The position numbers were made by a program, and so were the translations under genes. DNA of 64,000 nucleotides from Bacillales bacterium UBA1744. Lineage in GTDB: Bacteria > Bacillota_I > Bacilli_A > RFN20 > CAG-826. Shown here piece after piece: positions 55,075 through 63,700 of the stretch. The number at the start of each line of letters is the position of its first letter. Position 1 is the first letter of the stretch. Under the pieces are notes generated by a model that did not search any database, was not told the DNA's origin, and worked only from the letters and a program-made list of their open reading frames with translations. The stretch covers positions 3,896-67,895 of the forward strand of contig DCHU01000082.1 in assembly GCA_002314915.1 (NCBI GenBank), read 5' to 3'.

Positions 55075-56778
55075 ATGAAGAAGTATTTGGGTTTGTTGTT
55101 GTGTGCATCAATTTGCTTCAGCGGTAATGCAGCAAAGAAAAGCGAATCTGGAGAAACAAAAATCGTCACTAAAGAATTAAGAATAGCAAACAGGATTGGG
55201 AACAGTACTATTGATTCGTTGAATAATCTGTTGGACGAAAGATTAAGCGAACTTATCTCTAAAACAGAAGGAATGATAGCAATGTTGCAGAATGGAGAGG
55301 TTAGTGAAAGCGCGTCTAGGATTGGCGGGGTAAGCACACACGATGTTCTTCCTGCTTTAACTTTTCCAACCGCGACATCATTGGTTATTGATGCAATTGC
55401 TGCTTTTTCTGCAGCTGGTTATAAACTGTCTGCCGAGCTTTTGACCGTTGCTTTTGGAAACACGGATCCGGACAGGACATATGTACCGGTGTATGGTGGA
55501 AGGATGATAACTTCCTCACAAGCAAGGGCAAAAGCCTACGATTCATTGGTGAGTGACGAATTGTTCTTCGGATACGATTTGTCTAATACAACCAACGAGA
55601 ACGATCTTTCTTTAGCGATTCATCGTGCTCCGTTTACCAAGCCGTATTCGACAAGTAAAGTAGTTAGCATTGCTGATACATACGATTTTGGTGGATTTGA
55701 GGGTCAAGATAACGGGTTCTTGAATTTCGCAAACGGAACATTTTCCATCATCCAAGATTTAGGTGTCATTACTCCATATACGGTTAACATTTCGGTAGAT
55801 TTCTCAAAAGATTTGGATATATCTGTCGAATCATATTCATCTAGCACTTATTCAATCAACGTAACGAACAACACGTCGCAAAAACAATTAGTCGTTTACA
55901 ACAAAAGAATGTGTAATCTCGAAGACGCTAGAAACTGGACGAACCTGACGGACATCGATTACATGTATTTAAACAGCGGTGAAAGCAGGAGCATTAACGT
56001 TTCGGAAAGAGGGACTGCGACCTCGGTTGCCTTCAGCTATGTTACGGGCTCGACTAGATACATCTCCTCAGCATTCCAACTAAATGTTGGCGGCCGACTT
56101 TCAAGAGAACAAACGTCCGTAAATCACAATTCTTACTATAACCTTGACATTATAGGTAAAGACGGCGATGAATGGATCTTGAGATACAAGAATCTCACCT
56201 CTTCAAGCGTCCCGTTAGAATATAACTCCAGGATGTGTTATCTCTCCGACGCGGAGAATTGGACCAACTTGAGGAACCTGGGCTCCTTCGTCGTAAGCCC
56301 TTATTCTGACGGCATCTTCAGAATAGAGGAGTATGGCACCGCTGGGGCGATCGCCGTCAGATACAAAATGGGCTCATACTACTATTACGTTTACGCGAAC
56401 AACCTGTCTTCCGACACAACAATGTCCGCAAACAGAAGAACGGAGTATTATTACGAATACCTCTCGTTGGACAATAATGGCAAATCCGGTGGAAAGTGGA
56501 AAATAGTTATCCACAACCCAAAGTCTTATGCAATTACAGCCTACTATAATTCAAAAATGTGTTTCCAATCTGATGCGGTGAATTGGACGAATCTAAATGA
56601 CGTCTTATCTGTTACTATCCCAGCCAACGGCTCCAAAGAGGTCAGTATCTCAACCAACTGGACGGCTGGCTTCATCACAACGTGTTACATCGACAACAAC
56701 CACAGGGTTATAACGTGCGCGAACAGCCTATCAACATCAGGTGCGATCGCGCCTAGAAACAACGTAGTGGATTTGTAA
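55075..56778 (+). CDS. Secreted protein: helical N-terminal segment, unknown ~170-aa domain, and three 108-aa repeats
   Basis: 567 aa. N-terminal signal sequence MKKYLGLLLCASICFSGNA, then a heptad-like helical region (residues about 30-75). The motif YN(K/S)(R/K)MCxxxDAxNWTNL recurs at residues 275, 383 and 491. Confidence 0.6.
   Translation: MKKYLGLLLCASICFSGNAAKKSESGETKIVTKELRIANRIGNSTIDSLNNLLDERLSELISKTEGMIAMLQNGEVSESASRIGGVSTHDVLPALTFPTATSLVIDAIAAFSAAGYKLSAELLTVAFGNTDPDRTYVPVYGGRMITSSQARAKAYDSLVSDELFFGYDLSNTTNENDLSLAIHRAPFTKPYSTSKVVSIADTYDFGGFEGQDNGFLNFANGTFSIIQDLGVITPYTVNISVDFSKDLDISVESYSSSTYSINVTNNTSQKQLVVYNKRMCNLEDARNWTNLTDIDYMYLNSGESRSINVSERGTATSVAFSYVTGSTRYISSAFQLNVGGRLSREQTSVNHNSYYNLDIIGKDGDEWILRYKNLTSSSVPLEYNSRMCYLSDAENWTNLRNLGSFVVSPYSDGIFRIEEYGTAGAIAVRYKMGSYYYYVYANNLSSDTTMSANRRTEYYYEYLSLDNNGKSGGKWKIVIHNPKSYAITAYYNSKMCFQSDAVNWTNLNDVLSVTIPANGSKEVSISTNWTAGFITTCYIDNNHRVITCANSLSTSGAIAPRNNVVDL
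55831..56775 (+). repeat. Intragenic tandem protein repeats (3 x about 108 aa, diverged at DNA level)
   Basis: Motif Tyr codons start at 55897, 56221 and 56545, exactly 324 nt apart. Shared positions include Y-N-x-[KR]-M-C, D-A-x-N-W-T-N-L and a later G-T-A. Confidence 0.75.
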
Positions 56779-56779
56779 T

Positions 56780-58831
56780 ATGATTTCGTTACACAATCTA
56801 AGCAAGACTTATTCAGAAGGGAAGCCAAATCAGGTCAAAGCGCTTAAACGCATCGATCTCGAGCTGCCGGATTCTGGCCTTGTGTCGATAACGGGAAAAT
56901 CAGGATGCGGGAAGACGACGTTACTCAACCTTTTGGGAATGATTGACGTTCCGACTTCCGGAACCATAACCATATCCGGAACCGACGTAACAACCCTCAA
57001 ATCCGGCGAATACGACAAGTTCAGGGCAAAAGAGATTGGATATATCTTTCAGGACTACAACCTGCTTGAGGGTTTCTCGATACTGGACAACATCTCCATC
57101 GGGTGCGAAATAACCGGCGAGAAAATCGAAAACGGAAGAGTCAGGGAAATCCTGGAGAAACTAGAGCTGCCCGCCGACGATAATTTCTTGAAGAAGAAGG
57201 CGAGGGAGCTGTCTGGCGGCCAAAAGCAAAGGGTTGCAATTGCCAGGGCTCTTTTGAGGAATTCCGGCGTCATCCTATGTGACGAGCCGACTGGTGCGCT
57301 CGACGAGGAGAACGCGAGGAACGTTTTCTCTGTCTTGAGGAAGGTTTCCAAAAACACACTCGTAATTTGTGTGACCCACGAAAAAGACTATGCGTTAGAG
57401 TATTCCGACCGCGTGATCGAGATGTCCAACGGCGAAATTGTGGGTGATACCGCGATTAATGAGGACCGCGGAAAAACTCAACCAGACAAAATAAAAGGCA
57501 GGAAAGGCGGCCTACGCCTTGTTAGCGCGACGAAGATTGCACTTGGAACGCTATTCAGAAGCAAAACCAGAATGGTGGTAGCGTGCATAACCACGCTTTT
57601 TGCGATGCTTTTTTCGGCCATGTCCCTGAGCCTCAACCTTTACGATTCGGCGAAATTCGAGGCGAACAGCATATTGCAGAACGGCCTCCGCACGGGATTG
57701 CTCGTTGACCGAAGCATATACTCCGACGACAGCGATTCGATAATGGATGGGTTCAACTCCAATCAGATCGAGCTGGTCGACGAATTCAGCGGAGGAATGG
57801 CGTGCAAAGCCCACCTGACTTCCTTATCGATTACGATTTTCGAGCAAACCGGGCTGTCTGTTTTGTCCCACACAGAAGCGTACTATTCGGATTATTACGC
57901 AGCTTTCGGCAATGCTTGGCTGGTCGAGGTCGACGATTCGAAGATGGACTACCTTGGGATATCATTTGACGAGAGGATAGAAGATGTTGCCACGGCGCAC
58001 CTTCCGGTCAGCGATGGCGAAATCGGCATAACGGATTTCTGGGCCGATTACATTGTTGAAAACGGAGTGAAAGGAGCCAAGTCGATCGCCGACGTTATCG
58101 GGATGGAGATAGACGGGAAGACGATTACCACCGTTCTTTCCACCGAAGTCCCGAAGGACTTTTTTGAGGTGTCCTATAAAAAAAGGGGGGAGACTTACTC
58201 TACCTACCTCAAGTCCGGTTTCTATAACCCGCTCAACTGCTTCTTCGTTCCTAAAGGTTCTCTGGAATACGACAGTACGTATAACAACATGCCTAACGCA
58301 TACGCCATAAACGTGAGTAACGTCAAGGCGCTAAGCAAATTGATAAAAGAAGGAACTTCATTCTCCGATGACCTAACCGTGAAATACACGATTAGGTTTA
58401 TGACTGAATTCTCGAGCTTTTCGAGCATGGTTGAAAACGTGTCCTTTGTCTTGAATGATGTAGGAAGAATCGTGATACCGATCATAATAGCGTTCTCCGC
58501 CCTGATCGTCGCCAATTTCGCGTTGGGCAACATTGACTCCATGCGCAGAGAACTAGGCCTTCTCAAGGTCCTTGGGTGCAACGTTTACAATATGTGTTCC
58601 ATCGGTTTCGTTCAGTCGATGACCACATTGGTTGGGATAGGCGTGCTTTCGACGGTCGGAATATCAGCTATAGTTGCATCGTTCAATGCATATATGGGTT
58701 TGTCGATTGTGAGCTTTGAGCCAATCGTATTGTTACTTTTGATAGCTATGGTAGTAACTTTCTCCTTCGTCTCGACGATATTCATATTCCTGAAGTACAG
58801 AAAGAAAGACGCCGTTTCTATGTTGATATAA
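56780..58831 (+). CDS. MacB/FtsEX-type fused ABC protein (N-terminal ATPase, FtsX-family permease, ~280-aa external domain)
   Basis: 683 aa. Walker A GKSGCGKTT, LSGGQKQR, Walker B ILCDEPTG. TM1 around residue 260, three C-terminal TMs. Its ATG is 1 nt after the stop of the repeat-protein gene. Confidence 0.85.
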   Translation: MISLHNLSKTYSEGKPNQVKALKRIDLELPDSGLVSITGKSGCGKTTLLNLLGMIDVPTSGTITISGTDVTTLKSGEYDKFRAKEIGYIFQDYNLLEGFSILDNISIGCEITGEKIENGRVREILEKLELPADDNFLKKKARELSGGQKQRVAIARALLRNSGVILCDEPTGALDEENARNVFSVLRKVSKNTLVICVTHEKDYALEYSDRVIEMSNGEIVGDTAINEDRGKTQPDKIKGRKGGLRLVSATKIALGTLFRSKTRMVVACITTLFAMLFSAMSLSLNLYDSAKFEANSILQNGLRTGLLVDRSIYSDDSDSIMDGFNSNQIELVDEFSGGMACKAHLTSLSITIFEQTGLSVLSHTEAYYSDYYAAFGNAWLVEVDDSKMDYLGISFDERIEDVATAHLPVSDGEIGITDFWADYIVENGVKGAKSIADVIGMEIDGKTITTVLSTEVPKDFFEVSYKKRGETYSTYLKSGFYNPLNCFFVPKGSLEYDSTYNNMPNAYAINVSNVKALSKLIKEGTSFSDDLTVKYTIRFMTEFSSFSSMVENVSFVLNDVGRIVIPIIIAFSALIVANFALGNIDSMRRELGLLKVLGCNVYNMCSIGFVQSMTTLVGIGVLSTVGISAIVASFNAYMGLSIVSFEPIVLLLLIAMVVTFSFVSTIFIFLKYRKKDAVSMLI

Positions 58832-59125
58832 TGTAGGAACAGAGGGGACAATACACACTAGTAGAGGTTGTATGCACTATCCAGTAGACCTGTGCAAAAT
58901 GAGTTCCAGTTGACATGTTCCTCGCATATGGTGCCTCGTATGTATGGACATGTTCCTTGCATGCAACCGATACACGTTGAAACTGTCGTTGAGCTGGGTT
59001 TGAAATAGGGACGATATACAAGGAACCGCCCGATAAAAAAAACGAAGACAAAATCTTCTTTTCATCAACCATAAAATAGTGTACTTTCCAATTGGTTGTA
59101 TCAGAATAGATTCACAGGTACTCCA

Positions 59126-59812
59126 ATGTCTGAAAACAATAGAATTAACAAAGGGTTATTGATTGCGTTTGTGGTCGTTCAACTATTGTTGACGATGCTT
59201 ATTTTCGTCGCCGACTTTAACGGATTATTCGAAACCGTAGCAATTAAGTATTCAGGCATAGTGTTGTGTTTTATCGTGTCTCTGTTTGCCATCAAAGACA
59301 AGCGATCAAGATGGGTAATTCTCGGTTTGGCCGGAACCTTGGTGGCGGATCTTTTCCTGCTTGTTTTAGATAAGTATTACTTGGTTGGTGTCATCGCATT
59401 TATCTTCGTTCAGATAATGTATTTTATATACATCAGACCAAAAAGGTGGAAGGTGTCTTTGCTTATTAGAATGGTGTTGTTTATTGTTGCGGTTCTCGTG
59501 GTTTTATTCGGATTCAATGTTAATGATTTAACTGTGTTTTGCTCACTCTTTTACTTTGTAAACCTTGTTATGAACATGGTTGATGCGTGGATTGAGTTCA
59601 AGAATGGATTTTTGGTGTTTGCGTTGGGCTTAACGCTATTCATCGGATGCGATGTATCGGTTGGGTTCCACAACATATCCTCATACATCACTTACTCTTC
59701 CCCGTTCATCGATAAAGTGATAGATTTTAGCCAATTTGGAATGTGGCTATTCTATCTCCCGTCCCAAACATTGATTGCACTATCCCCGTTCATTGGTAAA
59801 AAACATGAGTAA
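59126..59812 (+). CDS. YhhN-family (lysoplasmalogenase-like) membrane protein
   Basis: 228 aa from ATG 59126. About 8 TMs, with acidic residues embedded in helices (LVADLFLL, FIGCDVSVG) as in YhhN/TMEM86 proteins. Confidence 0.5.
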   Translation: MSENNRINKGLLIAFVVVQLLLTMLIFVADFNGLFETVAIKYSGIVLCFIVSLFAIKDKRSRWVILGLAGTLVADLFLLVLDKYYLVGVIAFIFVQIMYFIYIRPKRWKVSLLIRMVLFIVAVLVVLFGFNVNDLTVFCSLFYFVNLVMNMVDAWIEFKNGFLVFALGLTLFIGCDVSVGFHNISSYITYSSPFIDKVIDFSQFGMWLFYLPSQTLIALSPFIGKKHE

Positions 59813-60491
59813 AAAACAGAAGGCATTACTAATTGCAGTATCAATCATCTACACCGCAAGTTTGGTGCTTTTTGCCATCTCATTCTCAATCAACCTACCT
59901 ATCTATTTCAGACCATTTTATTACATGCTCATAAAACCTATGCATATGGTTGAGGATCTTAATAACTGGACCGGCTGTAGTTACACAACTAAAGATGTTA
60001 TTGAGGCATACAATGAGGTTTTGAATTTCTGCTGTTTCAACACCAAGTTTGGAACTGGAAAACTCGCCTGGTCAGAAGAGGGCAAAAGCCACTTCCAAGA
60101 CTGCCAAGGTTTGTTTTTGTTAGATACCGTTGTGATGTTTGTTTCCGCCGCATTTATCGGTGCTACTCACACACTCAAGAAGCTGAACATCGTTACGCCT
60201 TACAAACGCTCTCATCTGATTGCTGGGGTAACAGCGATCGCCTTGCCGTCGGTAGTGGGGGTTCTCGCCTCATTAGATTTCGATAAAGCATTTGAGGTAT
60301 TCCATCACATTTTCTTCCCCGGAAAAGAGAACTGGATATTTGATCAGAATACAGACCAAATCATTTTGGTTATGCCTGAAAATTTCTTCATGGCCTGCGC
60401 AATATTTATTGGGGTGGGAATAGTTCTGATATCAGTTTATTACATATTGAGGGGCTCTGGAGTTTTCAAGAAACTGAAATTCAAACGATAA
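59805..60491 (+). CDS. TIGR01906-like integral membrane protein
   Basis: 228 aa from ATG 59805. N-terminal TM followed by LPIYFRPFYY..., with C-terminal TMs. Overlaps the YhhN-family gene by 8 nt. Confidence 0.5.
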   Translation: MSKKQKALLIAVSIIYTASLVLFAISFSINLPIYFRPFYYMLIKPMHMVEDLNNWTGCSYTTKDVIEAYNEVLNFCCFNTKFGTGKLAWSEEGKSHFQDCQGLFLLDTVVMFVSAAFIGATHTLKKLNIVTPYKRSHLIAGVTAIALPSVVGVLASLDFDKAFEVFHHIFFPGKENWIFDQNTDQIILVMPENFFMACAIFIGVGIVLISVYYILRGSGVFKKLKFKR

Positions 60492-60494
60492 CAA

Positions 60495-60518
60495 AGCGGC
60501 TTCTAAGCCGTTTTTTAT
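60495..60518 (+). terminator. Terminator after the TIGR01906-like gene
   Basis: Stem CGGCT / AGCCG, 4-nt loop, then TTTTTTATTTTT. Confidence 0.65.
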
Positions 60519-60789
60519 TTTTGTTATACAAAGCATGAAAATTCTAAACATAGTCATATGATATTCAATTTTAATTGAATCAGTTTTTATTCTTATTTCA
60601 TATGCTCATAAATAGTCATCTATATATCATTAGATTGTCATATCCAAAACATGCGTTTCTAAATACATTTATTCAATAAAGCACTACATCTAGGCCCAAA
60701 TATCGTTTTTATTAGACCTATTTACTAACGAACTCGTAATGAGTCAGAAGAAAGTGCACCTTTAATTGATACATGAAAGGAAAAATATC

Positions 60790-63700
60790 ATGAAGAAAAG
60801 GAAATATTTAGCACCAATGTTCCTTGCAGGCATGGTTTTACCATTGGCATTAGCCCTTGGTATGCAGGGCAAAGACGCCGTTAAGGCAAGCGCTGCATTC
60901 ATCGGCGAATTCAATGACAGAACATCCTACATTGAGCACGCTACCAAAGTTAATGGTCAGCTAGCAGATGAAGGCTTCGTCCTCCTTAAAAACGACGGAA
61001 CATTACCACTCGCTAAGGGCAGCAAAGTCTCTATCGTTGGTAAGAGCTCAATCAACTTGGCAAGAGGCGGCGCTGGTTCAGGCGCAGGCTCAGTCTCAAG
61101 CGGAGTCACATCAGTCGACTTGCAGAAGTCATTAACAGATTCTGGCTTCGAGGTTAACCCAAGCACCACATCATTCTACAACAGCTCAGCTTCAGGCTCA
61201 GGCCGTACAAATGGTAACGATGGTTGGAAGGGCAACTCAGAAGTTACAATCGGTGAAACCCCATGGGAAAACGTCACAGACGCAGTCAAGGATTCATTCT
61301 ATGAATACAACGATCTTGCTATCCAGGTTCTCACACGTGAAGGCTCAGAAGGTTGCGACGTCTTAACAATCGACGCAACAGACTCAACAAAGTTCGGATA
61401 CTCAGAAAAGCACGCTCTCGAATTATCCGACAACGAACAGGATTTATTCGATAACTTACACGATTTCTTCGACCACATCGTCATCGTCATCAACTCATCA
61501 AACATCTTCGAATGCGATCAGTTCATGAACGACGATAAAGTCGCAGGCATTCTCTGGATTGGTAACCCAGGTGACGTCGGTCCAGGCGCTGTCGGTAGAA
61601 TCCTCTGCGGTGATGTCAACCCATCAGGTCACACAGTTGACACATGGACACGCGACTTCTCCAAGGATCCAACATGGCAGAACTTCTCTGATAACAGACA
61701 CACCAACGTTGCAATCCCTAACACAAGCAACAGATTAAAACACGCAGCTCAGGACACAATGTTCGCAGCTGATGGCTCACCAATGTTGAGCTATGGTACA
61801 GATAAGAACTACTCAAGCCACAGCTCACCAAGGTGGTTAGAGAAAGACCAGAAGGTCGTCCAGGGCGGTCTTAACGGTGTTAAGCCAGCAGCATACGTTT
61901 CATACGAAGAAGGTATCTATCTCGACTACCGTTACTATGAAACACGTTATCAGGACATCCTTGCTAACGAAGGCCAGGGCGCAGCAGATGCGTGGTATGA
62001 CAGTGAAGACGGTGTCGTATTCCCATTCGGTTACGGCTTATCCTACACAACATTCGAGCAGGAAATCGTCAGACTCAACCCTAAGAAGAACGCAACACTC
62101 GACAAAGACAGCGATATCATCGAAATCGGCGTCAAGGTTACAAACACAGGCGACTACGCAGGTAAGGATCCAGTCCAGGTTTACTGGAAGGCTCCATATA
62201 CAAAGGGCGGAATCGAAAAGGCAGACCACGTCTTATGCGCATTCGACAAGACAAAGCTCTTACAGCCAGGCGAATCACAGATCGTCCACTTAACATTCCA
62301 TCTCCAGGATGTCGCAAACTACGACTTCACAGATGCCAACAAGAATGGACACAAAGGATATGAGCTTGATGCAGGCACATACTCAGTATTATTAAATAAG
62401 AACGCTCACGAAAACTACGATTCAGTCGACTTGAAGGTCACTGACGGTGGCATCCAGTACACAACAGACCGTTTCACTGGAAACGAAGTCACGAACAGAT
62501 TCACAGACAGAGGCTTCTACAGCTCAATGCCAGGTGAAGATGATATCGAGTTCACACAGTTCTCACGTGCTGACTGGGACGGAACATTCCCAACCCACCC
62601 AACTATCCAAGATAGAACCGTTAAGGCTGGATCAAGATTCGAAGAGTTCTTAACTCACGAATACAACATCTGGGACATCGAAGAAGATCACAACTTCGAC
62701 TACACACCAGAAGCAGCATACAGATCAGAAGATGACGCAGTTGAAGGTGGCTGGACACAGTCAAATACAACTCTCGCAAAAGGCGATCGTATCCAGTTAC
62801 TCGAATTAAAGGATTGTGAACCAGACGATCCAAAATGGGATGAGTTCATCAATGAATTCACATGGGCAGAAATGCTTAAGTTCGTTGAAAACAACAGAAT
62901 GTCATCACCAGACTTGAGCGCAGTCGGCAAAGGCGGCTTCTCAGAAGGTGACGGACCACAGAAGTTCAACATCATGTGGTGGGTCTCCTCTCCAATCATC
63001 GCCGCAACATTCAACCCAAAACTTGCACACGAGCAGGGCGAATGTGTCGGTATGGAATCACAGATCACAGGTAAGGCAGGCTGGTGGGGACCAGGTTGTA
63101 ACACACACCGTTCACCATTCGGCGGCCGTAACTTCGAATACTATGCAGCTGACCCATTTTTAATGGGCAGAATCGCTGCTAACGTTGTCGGCGCTGCAAC
63201 AGACAGAGGTGTCTACGCATACTTCAAGCACTTCGCAGTCAACGACCAGGAGAAGAACCGTGAATCCGGTATCTCATTCGTCAACGAGCAGGCATTACGT
63301 GAAATCTACTTAAAGTCATTCCAGATGGTCTTCCAGGAAGGTAAATCCATCGGTGTCATGGGATCATACAACCGTATCGGTCTCCAGGAGACAGCAGGAA
63401 GCTATCCATTAATGACAGAAGTCTTACGTGGTGAGTGGGGCTTCAAGGGTTCAGTCTTATCAGATATGACCCACTCCGGTAACGGATCAGTCAACTTCAA
63501 GTGCTACGAGAACGTCACAAACAGACTTCTCGCAGGATGCAACTCACAGTTAGACTCATCAGGCTTCAACGGCCAGACAATCTCAAAGTGGGACGCAACA
63601 ATGGCATGGGCAGGCGGAACAGGCGCTCCAGTCTATGAGCACAATGGCGAAAAGCACATCTCATTCTCATGGTGGAATGCAGTCAGAGAAACCGTCAAGC

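Noticed and set aside
55831-56775. Considered whether the three repeats could be template/variable repeats of a diversity-generating retroelement, or a recently expanded contingency locus.
   Set aside because: The repeats are conserved only at the protein level and the DNA has diverged heavily. No reverse transcriptase gene or adenine-specific mismatch pattern is present in the window.
58818-59072. Minus-strand ORFs of 84 aa and 63 aa in the 58.8-59.1 kb spacer, plus two short nested ORFs that start at the GGAACATG repeats.
   Set aside because: There is no usable Shine-Dalgarno spacing (AGGAAC directly abuts the ATG). One ORF overlaps the end of the ABC gene. The translations are His/Thr/Cys-rich and look like nonsense. 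The region is better explained as non-coding or structured RNA.
53606-59125. Searched the two long spacers flanking the 53.9-58.8 kb cassette for direct repeats (att sites), integrase or transposase genes.
   Set aside because: Only a trivial 9-mer (AAAATCTTC) is shared, and no recombinase gene is present. The cassette may be accessory, but the sequence does not support calling it a mobile element.
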